Of a DNA stretch of 64,000 bases, positions 36,510-49,543 are shown in pieces. The notes beneath the pieces are model-generated. The model saw only the letters and a program-made list of their open reading frames with translations, searched no databases and was not told where the DNA came from. Origin of the DNA: Paraspadella gotoi (Eukaryota; Animalia; Chaetognatha); assembly GCA_051294375.1 (NCBI GenBank), contig JBJCIZ010000028.1:1487576-1551575 (forward strand), given 5' to 3'. Both the position numbers and the translations under genes were made by a program. Every line of letters begins with the position of its first letter. Position 1 is the stretch's first letter.

Positions 36510-39109
36510 ATGGCGACGCACGTGAACGGCGGCGGAAGTGGCGGCGGCGGCGGCGACGACCTCGCCTCTTCCGACGAAATCAAAGTCTTCAACACAGAAG
36601 GCGAAGAATCAGACGAAAAACTTTCATCTGAAAAAACTTTGAGCGAAGATAAATTCGGCCTCATTTCCGAAAGCGAACTCGGCGGGAAAGGATCCGCCGC
36701 CAACCCAGCTGGCTCGGGGGCGAGTGCTGCAGCGGCGGCCTTGGGCGGACTACATCCTCCGCCGCCACCTCACCTCTTCAAACACTCGATCGACAATCTG
36801 GCGCGAAGCAGCGCCGCTTATCATTATGGCTACTTTTATCCTTACCATCCCTACGCCCATCCCGGGCTTGGTAAGGTTTCGCCCCATCACCCGTCCTACC
36901 CGCTCAGCGCCTCGCCTCACCACGCTGCCGCCCTTCAGGCTCTTTACAGCCCTTTCGGACAACCCCCTCCGGCCCACATGGGAATCCCGCCGATGGCTAT
37001 CGACCCTAAGACGGGGATGCCCCGTTCCGTCTACGCCCCTTTCCCTCATGGCCCGGGATCGCCCGGGTTTCCTCATCCGGCTTACAGCCCCGACGGCTTG
37101 GCGCAAGTGTCGTGGTCGCCGCCTCCCATGTACCCAATGGCCTCCAGCCCTTATCGGTCGCCGTATCCGCCTGGGCTGTCGCCCCTGGGGCGGTTCACTC
37201 ATTCGCCCGTCGCGCAAAGTCTCTTGTCCTCTACGCCGTCGCACCCGGGACTCATGGGTCATCCCGCAGCGGCGGCTGCGGCTGCGGCGGCGGCGGCAGC
37301 CGCGGGAATGATCACGCCTCCTCCAGGTGAGATATATTTATATATATTTCTCCATTTAAACCTTAATCCTTACAAATTTCTAGCATTAACTCATTTTGCA
37401 TTTTGATATGCTAATGAGATTGTAGAGAGTAATTATCTTCCTCAATTCGCGCCAGGGTCTTCGGCATTCGGCCACGGATCCCTCACCTCGCCCAAGTCGT
37501 CGGTGACGGCGGCGGCCAACGCGGCGGCGGCTGCGGCCGCGCTGCTCGCGCCTCACTCGCCCCACCTCCACCCGAGTCTTCCTCACCCACCACCTCACCT
37601 ATCGGGTCCGCCCACTTCCGGTTCCGCTTCGTCGCTCGACAGCGTCGCTCATCGTTTCGTCTCCAATCATCCGCTCGTCCACGACAAACCGAGCGGCCAT
37701 CTCGATCCGCATCATCATCATCATTACGCCTCCTTGTTGCCAGGTGATTGGTTTTCATTGCTTGTCTCCCTTGCCGGGCATTGTTAAAAGTTCAACCCGC
37801 CTATAAGCTATAAATGATGGTATCAGAAAAATATTTGGATTCAACCGATGGGAAAGTATTAGAGAGCTGCGGAGTTTATTTGCTTACTGTGACATTATTA
37901 CTATGTTTAACCAACGTAGAAAGAATTTTATTTCAAAGATCTATTGTTCGAAAAATTTATTTCTCAAAAAATAGTTGTATTCTTTACTGATTGAAATATT
38001 TTTATCAATAACTTTAACCTTTAGTGGTAGTTTACATGTTTTGTCTTCAGTCTTAGCTTTTTTGATGCTCATGTATGTACTGAATCAACCTTGTTGAATT
38101 CGAAATTAAACGCATATAAGCATGACACCTTCAGTTGTCACCCGGTGGCTCATTGAGTAATTCCATCAGCTAATGACCGCGATCAATCCCCAATGGTACC
38201 TACCATCGGATAAGCGTGAGGACGGCCGTAACTGTTATGGGGATCTGGTAAACCCTCAAGCTTAGTTCCATGCGCACTGCCCAGGTCCCTTTTCATGGGT
38301 TTAAGAAGTTGCGGATAGCACTCTTCAGCCCACTTAGGGCCTTATCCACGTTCTTATTGCTTTAGTTGATCTGTCATCAAAACTTTATGGTTATGAGCTT
38401 GTGAAGGCCTGGTTCTGGTATTCATTTTTGCTTACGAGCCCCACTCTTATAATTATTATTATTATTATTATCGTCGGCTTTTTCATGTATTATTTTTTCC
38501 TTTGTCATCATAACTTTTTTGTTGAGTTATTTATTCTGATTTCTTTTTATTGCTTCCCATCGCTTATGGTTAAATTATCCGTCACTCAGATCCGATTGCC
38601 TTTTGTTAAAAATCCTTAACTGGCTTTTAGCTCATATCCCTCGCCGAAAGGCTTTATGCTCCAGCTTTTCTACCTGGGCGATTTAGTCCCATAATCCTCT
38701 TGACTTAAGCCTTAAGGAGGCCTCTGGCTAATAACCTTTTGAATCGGTATGAATTGGCCGGGAGTTAGTAGCTTATTGGGTTTAGCTGTGTTCAGAGTTA
38801 ATGAGCCCTTACGTTTTAAGACGTTTTAGTAGCACTGAATCTTAACTATAATCAGGTTGTCTGTGTTTAAGTAGGTTAAGTTCAAGCGAGATTTCGCCGA
38901 ATATCTTGGGTCACTTATCAAGTGCAGACGCCGTGTTATCTTTGAACTCAACTTATCAGTTCGCCTGTTTTTTTTCAGTTCAACCCGGTGAAAGCCTCAT
39001 TTTCCGAGTTGCTCATTCAGATAAACTCTATCCGTTCTAAATCTTATACTAACTGATTTTCATCTCTCTCTCTCACTCATTCCCTCTCTCTCTCCTCTCT
39101 CTCTCCTCC

Positions 39110-39156
<47 letters not shown>

Positions 39157-42100
39157 CTCTCCCTCTCTCTCTCTCTCTCTCTCCTCTCTCTTCTAGGTTC
39201 TGGTCACCCACTCCATTGTCAGTCCGTCAAATCCGAGCCTCAGGACAAAGACAGAAAGTCCACATCAAAAAGCCACTCAACGCTTTTATGCTTTTCATGA
39301 AGGATCAGCGGGGCGAAGGTTGTGGCCGAATGCACGCTCAAGGAGAGCGCCGCCGCATTAATCAAATCTTGGGTCAGTTCATTTATAAATATTATATTTA
39401 TTAAATTAAAAACTTAATTATTACTACACCGTTGTCCCTCCAATATAAATTATTTTTATCTACAACTATGCTTGTGTGGTGTAATGTGTTTTTTGTTTTT
39501 TTTTCAAAAATACAATATCAAACATTATTTATCTATGATAATCCTGATTTATGTCGCAATGCAATATAAAAGCGAAAAGGGAGTTTCATCAATTTATTGA
39601 TCTCAAAGAGACAACTCCTTTACCCAATATTATCAATTATGCAGCCATTTGGTACTCAGAAGGTTCAGTTACAATGTGAAGGAGCGTCATTTTCCTGTGA
39701 GAAGATTAACAAGGTCCAATCGTTGACAAAATAGAAAAAAATATAAAAAAAAGTGTGACAAATTTTTTTACTGTATGTTTTCGAAATTATGGTACTGTCA
39801 CAAAATGGTTTAAAAAACGCATTTTTAATACATATTCTGTTAGAGGCAGACCAAGCCCTTACCTCTACATATTTTTGCGACAATTTTGAATCAGGGCTTG
39901 TTCATAATCAATTAATATATCAGAAATTTGGACTGACAAACAGATTTTTACTTTTTGTCAAATATTTTACTTTTTTGCACTGATGTCTTTGTATATGAGA
40001 AAAAAAACGAAAATGGAGGATAGTAGGCGGTAAATCTATGTTGTTGTGATCATTCATGATAATTTGAATAAAAAATATGCACAACTTTGATGACAGGACA
40101 TTTTTCTTTAATAAAAAATTGAATTTTCCAGTTTTTCGAAAATATTATTTTTTGCGTTCATAATTATAATAAAGAAAACGCATAAACATTTGCATTTCTA
40201 AAAACATCAGATTGGAGGTAATCAATTTGCGCAAAATCTGATGTTTTTTATTTTTTGATATTTTTATTTTTTATGCAAAAACATAATTATGAATGAGCCT
40301 TGGTCAAATCAATTTTTTTTATCATTTTTTCATATAAGCCTGACTTTTTTGCCCTGATGTCTTTTGTACAAGAAGACCATGGATTTCGAGGGTAGTAGCC
40401 ATAAATCTATATTTTTATGATAATCCATGATTAATTTGGAACAAAAATGCGTACAACTTTGAAGACAGGGCATTTTTATTTATTAAAATAACTGAATTTT
40501 TTAGTTGAAAAAAAAAAATTTGTTCATAATTAAGAATAAAGAAAACGGCAAACATTTTGTATTTCTAAAAACATCGATTGGTGATAATTATTTTGGGCCA
40601 AATTTGATGTTTTTCATTTTTTTAAATTTTCATTTTTTATGCAAAAATATAATTATCTATCATATCATTGGTCAAACCATTTTTTAAATATTTTTCTTAT
40701 ACAAGACTGACTTTCTTTAACTGAAGAGAGAAAGAGAGAAGAAGAGAGAGATTGATTGATTAATTTTTAATTGATTGATTGATTGATTGGTTAGGCTGAA
40801 AGCTCTTAAATTAGTACAGGATTTTTCCTAATTGGATTACGAGACTATTCATTCTTTGGCTTTGATTTTCTATCTTTTTTATAAGATTTAATTATGTTCA
40901 TTACTTTGTATTTCTGCCAAAGATTCTTTCTATCATTCAATCTCTTTCTCTCTCTTTTTTTTTAATTAATTTAAACCTTTACACAGTGACATCCAAATGT
41001 GTGACCTTTGAGTCTTTTTCTTGTTTTTCTTTTTTTTTAAAGCTTTACTAATAATTAACTTTTTGGGATTGATGGATTGATGGATACTCATTGATGAATT
41101 ATTTTTTTATATTGATAAGTTTAAATTCATCTATTTGTTACCCTAAAAGTTTTCAAATATATTTTTTATTCCATTAAAGATCATGCGTTAGATTACTTAA
41201 AGTTTTTTAAATGCTCCATTATAAAAAGCTAAAAATGCAATAATCTCATTTGCATATTGCAGTAAAAAGAAATAATCTTTTAAAAAAATATACATAATAT
41301 ATAATTTTTCTTTTCAGGTTTAAAAAAACGCTTATAACTATATGTTTTTGGTATTATGATTCAAAAGGTTATTAAGAAAGAAATTTTTTTTTTACAAAAA
41401 AATAAATTTGAAAAAAGTACCTTGTCAAAGTGAAAAAAAGATAAATGTGAAAACAGAATCGCAGCCAGAAATTCAGAAATCGACAAAAATCGATCGAAAT
41501 GACTTTTTACGCAATGGCAAAGTTTAGTTCCAATAATATTTATGGGTAAATGGATTTTTAAATTATTCACTGTATTTTACTGTATCTCGATAGCCTGTAA
41601 CAATTTTGCATAGATTTTTTAGATAACTTCTGTAAAGACTCAGGGAATAAAAAAAAAATATTCAGATGGGCTGAAATCAATAATATTTTTTTCGCCTCGG
41701 TTGGAACTCTCTTCAGCTTTTTATCTTGCATTGCGTCTCTGATTACGAATGGTGCCAAGTTTTAGGTCAAAACCCTGTAATGCTAATGTGATTTTTTCTT
41801 TCGCGTTTCTCAGGGCGAAAATGGCACGCTCTCGACCGTGCCCAACAGGCCAAGTACTACGAAATGGCGCGAAAGGAGCGCGCGTTGCACATGCAAAGAT
41901 ATCCTGGTTGGAGTGCGCGAGACAATTACGCGCAGGTTAGCCTGAGGATTAATTAATTATTATTCGTTCTCTTTTATATCTCGTTTTTTTCCTTCCTTTT
42001 TTTTTGTTCTTTAATCTTTTCTCTTTCTTTGAATTTAATTTCCTTTCTGTCATTTTCATTTTGCTAATCATATAATCATTGATTAATCAATTATTAATCA

Positions 42101-45100
42101 ACGATCTCTACATTCTAAAAACCTCCCTCCCCCCCAATTTCCCCCCCCAATTCCCCCCCCCCAATTCCCCCCCCCCCAATTCCCCCCCCCAATTCCCCCC
42201 CAAAAGCAGCAAAGCTCCAAACGCAAGAAGCGCAAGCGAGAGAAGTCGGCCTCCGGATCCGGCGACCCAGCTGACTGCAACAACCCGAAAAAGTGTCGAG
42301 CCAGATTCGGTCTGGACCAACAGGCCCAGTGGTGCAAACCCTGCAGGCGGAAGAAGAAGTGCATCCGGTTCTTGCAGGGAGACGAAGCGGGCGACGACGA
42401 CAACGGCGACGATCACGACTCGGGTATTAAAGGAGGGCGGATGGGGGGGGGGATCGATCTCTCGTTCAAAGATTTAGGGCGGTTGTCGGGGAATAGCTAG
42501 AATATAAATTGTATACATTGTGTTTGTAAGTTGTGGGAATATTTTAATTTCTTCGCATCTGTCGAGTGGCGCTATTGCTGAAAGAACAATGGTTGAAACA
42601 TAAGTTTATCAATACTAATTGAAAACCCGACAATATGCAAATGATATTTAGGGACTCGAGATAGAACCGGACATTTTTACTTTCTATTGTCTAACCATAG
42701 CGAAAGCATACGTATTATTTGTAATTTTACCATTTGTCAATTAATTATTTGGCTATCGACTAAAAATAGTCATAATAAAAATAAAAATAACAAAAGGGGT
42801 CATTTATTTACAGTCCCCCAACTCCTTTTATCATCAACCAGATATTCTAAATGCTTGGTATATTATTATTTATCCTTTAGTTTCACAGGAAATCTTCAAC
42901 ATAGAAGTTCGTCTATTTTTCCTTTTATTTATATCTAAAATTAAAAGTATTTCCTATTATTAAATGAGAATATTAATTGTTAAGCCCCCCCCTCCTCTCT
43001 TCCCCAGGGAACTCGGAAGGAGAAGAAGACGAAGAGATCGACCCAGGAACTCGAAGCGGAATGCCCGGCTTTCACGGCGACGGCGACGACGACGACGATT
43101 ATCTGGACGACAGCGACGGCGACTTGGGCGACGTTCGTTGGGACGACGACGAACCTTCTCCGTCCACTCTGGACCCCGAGAATCCCGGAGCCGACAATTC
43201 GGCCAACGGAGGCGGAGGCGAACCCCCTACTCCCGCCACCCCTGGAGACATCAAGTCGCCCGAGACTCCCGGCACCTCCGCCTACAGTACGCTCTCCCCA
43301 ACCGAGTCGTCCAGTCCGCAATCGACGACCGCGCCTACCAGCGTCAAGGCGCCGGCCAGCGCCGCGGACGGCGCCGTCAAAGGAGAACGCTGCGCCGAGG
43401 CGTCGCCGATATCGTCGCTAAGCAACGGTGGAAACTCTTTGCCGAATCAAAGCCAAAGTTCTACGACGACGACGACGACTACGACGACAACGTCTTCCTC
43501 TCCTCCTCCTCCTCCTCCTTCTTCCGTCGTCTCTTCTTTCTCTCGTAATCATTTGTCTCATTTTTCTCATTCGAAACATTTCGCTTCTTCGCCGCTGGCG
43601 TCTCTGGCGCCACCGTCGATATCCTCGCGTCTTCCTCCTCATCATCTCCATCAGCTTCACCATCAACTCCATCAACATCCGGGTCAACTACATCAACATC
43701 CTGGTCTTCTTCCGAACTCTTCCTCGCCGACGACGACGACGACGTCGACGACCTCATCGACGATAGCGTCTCTCCCTCCGCGTCTTCCGCCGACGACGCC
43801 GACGACCGGTTCCGGCATCACAGGGTCTTCCTCTTCTTCCTCGACCTCGGTGGCGTTGCCGTCCTCGCTCCGCGGCGCCCGCCACGCCCTTCCGGCTCCG
43901 CAACCGGTTCCATCGCACGACGAGATTAAAGTTTTTTCCACGGAAGGTCCGCCGCCGCCCGCGCCGACGCCGCAGCCGCCCGGCTGCTCTACCGCGTCGC
44001 CCTCTCCGGCTGCCTCGCCGCTTTCGACGCCGCCCACGACGACGACGCCGGGCGTAGCGGCGCCGCTGGGACTGATGCATCCGCCTCCGCAGCATCTCGT
44101 CGACAGGCACAAGTTTCATCCGCCGCTGGATTCGTATCCGCCCTTTCATCGTGAGTCTTCGGGAGTTCTTGAATCGTGGGAACCGAAGAGAAATGAAAAG
44201 AAATTAAATATAGGAATTAAATGGAATAGAAGGAAAGAAATTGTAATGGAGGGAAGAATATTTAAATGTTCTCAACTTCTGAGGAAGAAGGAAAAAGGAA
44301 AGTTAAATGCAAAGAGAAAGAGATGAACAGCTCAGGTGAGGTGAGAAAGAGATGAACAGCTTAGGTGAGTTGAGAAAGAAGTGCTGACGGGCGTTTCTTT
44401 GATTCTGTGGCGACCAAGTGGATTCGGGCGACGAAGTGGTGCGGGATCGCCGACGAGGTTGCCAACTTCTTGAAGGCCGTCTTGATGACGAGAGTGTTGA
44501 GGGATGCTTCGTTCGTAAAAACAGTCTCTTACAAAGTCATATTTTGTTCAATATTACAATTAACCTTACAATTAACATAATGTAAAGCAAGAATTTAAAT
44601 TGAGTAATAACGGTAAAGAGTGGATGGCTGAAGTTTCAAGTAAGAGAGTGAATGGATTTCACACAACAAGATAATACAAAGCAGAGATGGCTGCTAAACT
44701 AGTAGAGGTAGTTAAACGTTAATAAGGTTCTTTTGTTTGACATATATTTTACTTTTTGAAATTGGTACAACCAAAATAAAAATTATCCATTCATTTAATA
44801 AATAAGCTATCTTGCCCCTGACTTTGGAAAGGCTTTGATTTAAGACCTCCATCACTCTTACAAGATAATGACATAGCAGGTCCCTGCAGAGTACCTGGCT
44901 TCCCTATCCCTATGTGAGACGAGTTAAAATATAAGAGTACTTTGTTCTTTGCCAAAGTGACGCTTGTGGCTGATGAATCACTCTCGGTGACGAGGGTCCC
45001 GGGATCACATCCCACAATTCTGTGCTGTTCTGACTTTTAATAAAAAAAATTAATTCACGTTGTAGCGATTATTATAATTATTATTATTTTTATTCGGTTC

Positions 45101-45397
45101 AATTCTCATTTCCTCTTTCCCCCTCCTCTCCCCCTGTCTCCTTTGTCTCCAGCACACCATCCCGGTCTTCCCCATCACCTCCATCCACTACATCATTTGG
45201 CCGCCCTCAATCCTTCCGTCAACTCTCTCTCCCTTCTTTCCAACTCCTCGTCGTCGTCTCGTCCTCCTCCTCCTCCAACGACGACCACGCCGCTCCCTTC
45301 CTCCAACGCTCCGTCGCGCAAACATCCTCCGCTCAAACCCTCGTCGACGCCGTTGACCAAATCCCTCGCCCCTTCCACGCCGGCCAAGGAGAGATGA
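36510..45397 (+). CDS. TCF: TCF/LEF (pangolin) HMG-box transcription factor with C-clamp; exons 36510-37326, 37456-37743, 39197-39372 (indels), 41814-41935, about 42207-42423, 43008-44150, 45153-45397
   Basis: N-terminal beta-catenin-binding motif [18 protein letters not shown]; [10 protein letters not shown]; HMG box [14 protein letters not shown]...[58 protein letters not shown] (restored across small indels); basic tail KRKKRKREK; C-clamp [25 protein letters not shown]. Confidence 0.95.
38125..38345 (+). mobile_element. Possible tRNA-derived SINE-like insertion in TCF intron
   Basis: Non-AT-rich island with A-box-like GGTGGCTCATTGAGT and B-box-like GCGATCAATCCC at tRNA-like spacing. Confidence 0.3.
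39970..40720. repeat. Diverged direct tandem duplication, about 370 bp x2 (likely internal repeats of a DNA-transposon relic)
   Basis: Blocks ctgatgtcttt, tagtag..taaatctat, acaactttga.gacagg, aataaagaaaacg..aaacattt..atttctaaaaacatc, ttttatgcaaaaa.ataattat and ttggtcaaa each occur twice in the same order. Confidence 0.7.
44757..44903. repeat. Dispersed repeat, copy B
   Basis: Near-identical to 4828-4962. Confidence 0.8.
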
Positions 45398-46573
45398 TAG
45401 AGGGCGCGGCGGAGTTGGGCGTTTCCTCTTCCGGTTTGAAAAACTCGAAACAAGTGGCCTTCGTTGTTTATCGTCGTCGTCTTATTTTTTTTAACGTCAA
45501 TCGTTCTTCGCTTTTTTTATTTTCTCTCTCTCTCTCTCTCTCTCTCTCTTCCCTCCCAGAAAACGAGGAAACGAATAGAAAGAGACTCGACGTCCATCGA
45601 AACTCGAGTCCTCCTTTCATCCTCTTTAGCCAAAACACAAAACAAAAAAGGAAAATAAAACATAAAAACAAGAAAACCAAAAAAAAAACAAGAAATCAAC
45701 ATCCCGGGTCGTCAAGGACGTATTGTGCAAAAAAAGTCGACGCTCTCTCTCTCTCTCTACATTCGCCTTAATATGTTGGAACAAACATAACACGCCTCTT
45801 TATGGTTCTCGTTATTTCATAATAAACCAGAGAATGAAATTTATTCTTACTAGTTGTGTTTTTTTTTTATGGAAACAATGTTCAGTGCCTGAGATTTTTT
45901 TTTTATATCAACTTCCAGTTGTTTTAAATTCGTTATCGGTTGAGCTTTTTTTTTTTTTTAAACCTTATCTCCCCGGTTTGGCTCTTTACGCTTTTCTCGT
46001 GAAAAAAAAAAGAAAAAAACTGACATTTTTTCTTTTTTTTTTTTTGTCGTCGGTCATCGTCAAAATGGAATTAAATATGGAAAGAAGTTTAGTTTTTGTT
46101 CACTTAATCCGATCCCCGTTTGTGTTCACTTTCCTTATTCAGTTCATCCCATTTCCTTCCTTTTATTTTAGTTTTATCTCTTTCACGAATCTTAAGAGAT
46201 TTATTACAACTCATTCGTGACTCCCGGCGATTTTATTTCATTCATTCTTTTTCTTTTCCCCATTTTTTTTTTCCACGAGAGCGTAATTAGCCATCCTCCC
46301 CTTCTCTCCCTTCTCCCCCCCTTTCCCCTTCTTTTCTCTTCCTGCCCCAACGCCCCCCAACCTCTTTAGTCCCACAGCATAAATTTCTCATCTCGAAATT
46401 CTATACAAACTTCGCCACTTTCCTCATAAATGTTCTTCTATTGTTTATTATTAAAAGAAAACAGCAAATTTAAATCTGTGGATTTCGACGCTGAGAAATT
46501 TATTTCTCTCTTTTCTCTCTTCTTTCTCTTTCTCTTTCTTCTCTTTTTCTCTTTCTTTCTCTTTCTTTCTCTT

Positions 46574-46623
<50 letters not shown>

Positions 46624-48787
46624 TCTTCTCTCTCTCTTCTCTCTCTCTCTCTCTCTCTGCTGCCCCAATTCCCCCTTCCCTCTCCCCCAATTTTTTAGTT
46701 TTTATTTTCTTTTTTAGCTCCAATTTGTATACAAAAGTTGTATACGTTCGTCTACAACAAAAACTGCTAACTCTACCGCAATTTTTTTTTCTAAGAAATT
46801 CGCAATCAAAACAAAAACATAAAAAAAATCCGTAAAACCGAAATAATTCTAGTCGGTGTTTTATTATATTTAGTCCAGCGCGAAACAAACAAACAAAAAC
46901 TCAATAGTTTATCTTCCTCCTCGGTCGCGGGACAATCAACCTTGTCTTAACGTTAGAGAGAATTTTACTTAACATATTCTTGTCATAAACTCGTTACATT
47001 TATTAAAAAAAAAACGTTAACCGTTTTTTCTTTCGTTTCTGACGTGCTCAATACTAATGCTTAAAATAACGTTAAAAAAATAGGAGGACACAAGTTGATA
47101 ATATTAACAATATGAGCGATATACTTTATTACCACAGTGAACGAATGTTTTTTATTGATAAATTTCCCCCCTCCCTCCCTCCCATTAAACTCGGCAACAA
47201 GTGTGATCATATTATAGACTGAATTCATTCAAGTTGTACAGCCTTTATTAGATTTAGCATTGAGCAAAAAAGGCGATTTATAAATAAAATGAATTTCTAT
47301 TGACAAAAAGTTTGTTCATGTTTATAATTTGTGCGCGTGTTAAATCCTCTAGGTTTTTTCATTTTTAACAGATATTTTAAACAAGCCTTTTACGGTTTAC
47401 TGCTTTTGCGCCAATTGAAGAAAATATCAGTCAGTTAATTGGGAGATAACGCTGTAACTTTCAACGATATTTAGATAAACATGGCTTTACATTTACGGGT
47501 CTGTTTAGTTTAGTTCTGTTTAGTTTGGCTTAGAAGTAATTTTCATCGTATTTTTATCTAGTTTAGGTTCTTTATCTTTCAAAGACTTGTTCAAACCTTA
47601 TTTATTAATAGAAGAGCGTACCTGTTAGGTTAAGTGAAATTTTCTTTTATCAACTACTTACTTGCAGTACTGCTAGTACATCGTTATCGTAGTATATCTA
47701 AATTAATTAGCGATACAGATAAGACGTAAATTTTGCTCGGCCCTTTCTATGTCTTCACTGTTTTGATACAAAATAGAATTATCTTGGAGCGAATCATGAA
47801 CTGTTCTGATCCTCGTTTCATAATCATAGTGATGTAAAATGGCTGAGCGGTTCTCCCTCCGCCACCTTTGTCTCTCTTCTTCTCCCCAGACAGATGCTCT
47901 TTTGTTCTCAGTTAATAAGCATCGAACTCGTAGCGACCTCTTTCTCGAGTCCTAGTTTATTAAATAACAATGGAACAGCGATGATTTGGTTCTCTGTTTC
48001 ATACAGTTAAGTATGAAAATTATTTTTATCCTTCTTTGATAATGAACTAGTAGGCGATATTGAGATAATCGTGAGCGTATTTATTAGTTTTCTAGTTACC
48101 AGATGGGTATCAACTTTCCAATTTTAATATCACTCTTCGTTTGTTATGTACAGTTTTTTACGCCGTTTAGTTATTTTTATAATTATACTTTCACGTTATT
48201 TTATACTTTTATAAAGTTGAGTTATAAGATAGACTTTTTTATTATAGCCGCAATTTTTTTACCGCCCTTGATTTTTAGTCAGGCTTAATTAAGTTTAATT
48301 TGAAAACGTTTTTCGTGAAATAATTTCAGATTGTAGTATCACTTTGTATTATAAACAATTTATTATTTAGTTAACTCTTTTCCAGAAATTTTTTTTAGAA
48401 TTAAGGCGCCTTTTAAATTGGCCTCAATTAAGCCAAAAAATTGGCCTCAATTTGGCCAAATCATTTACGCGTTGGTTGTTCCAGTTATTTTCGTTATTTT
48501 CTATCTTTCAGATAAAAACTTAAGATGGCGCGAGACGAAGTCGATCTGTTGAAGTTGAACGGGACTCAAGTCTCAACAGTTGGGAAATGTTCGCTCCTTT
48601 TTTTTTTCAAAACGAAAACTCATAGAATAACTAAGTCAAAGTTTCACTAATAAATGAGAAAACTGACCGCCAACTTTTATCTAATTTAAGCAGTTGTAGC
48701 TTTATTTTTATTCATTGATTACAATGATTGATTGTATAACAATTTTATTTATTTTTTATTAAGTATATTTGGGTCATAACGAACGCG

Positions 48788-49499
48788 ATGGGTTTCACCG
48801 GGACCAGAGTCTTCATCGGAGGAATCTACGACACGGATTTGCGAGATCGGGATTTGGAGAAAATATTTCAGAGTGGGTCCAAGTCCTTAGTGTGTTTGGT
48901 TTATTCATTATGTAATGTATAGTTTGGTCATTGGGCGGAGTTTAATTTTTTGGGATTATCGTTGTTTCGGCTTCTTGTAAGTTAATCCTCTTCTTGGTTC
49001 ATATTAAAAGGTTTGTCATTTTTACATTTTGAAGTTTTGAATCCTGTTAATGTCGCTAATGTCCTGTCAATCACGATGTTGATGTAATAATAATTCATTC
49101 ATTCAGTTGTCCTTCCGCTTAACAGGACATGTTAATGTTTGGTAAGTCTATTGCCTCCTCTCTTACCGCATAATGACATGCAGACTTTAAATATATATTC
49201 TCCCATTCTCTCATGTCTACAACTCCTAATAACAACTTTAGTTTATCACAACTTTTATCACAACTCTCAGAGTACGGGGAGATCGAAGAGGTGGTGATAA
49301 AAAAAGGTTTCGGCTTCGTCGTCTTCGCCAGGGAAGATGATGCATGGAATGCCATCCAGGATTGTCACGGGATGTACATCGCCGAAAAACGCGTGGTGGT
49401 CAGGATGGCGCACAGACCTGGACAAAAGAATAATGAAGGGCCCAAGGATGGCGGGGGAAGCAAGAAGGATGCGGCTGGAGGAAAGGACAGGCGAGTCTT

Positions 49500-49543
<44 letters not shown>

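Noticed and set aside
41690-41720. Minus-strand CTGAAGA...GAAA hammerhead-like spacing (similar case at about 56631 on +)
   Set aside because: No convincing stem II or stem I pairing.
42125-42201. (CCCCCCCAATT)n tract giving PPNSPP / GGNWGG ORFs
   Set aside because: Intronic low-complexity tract before the C-clamp exon acceptor, not coding.
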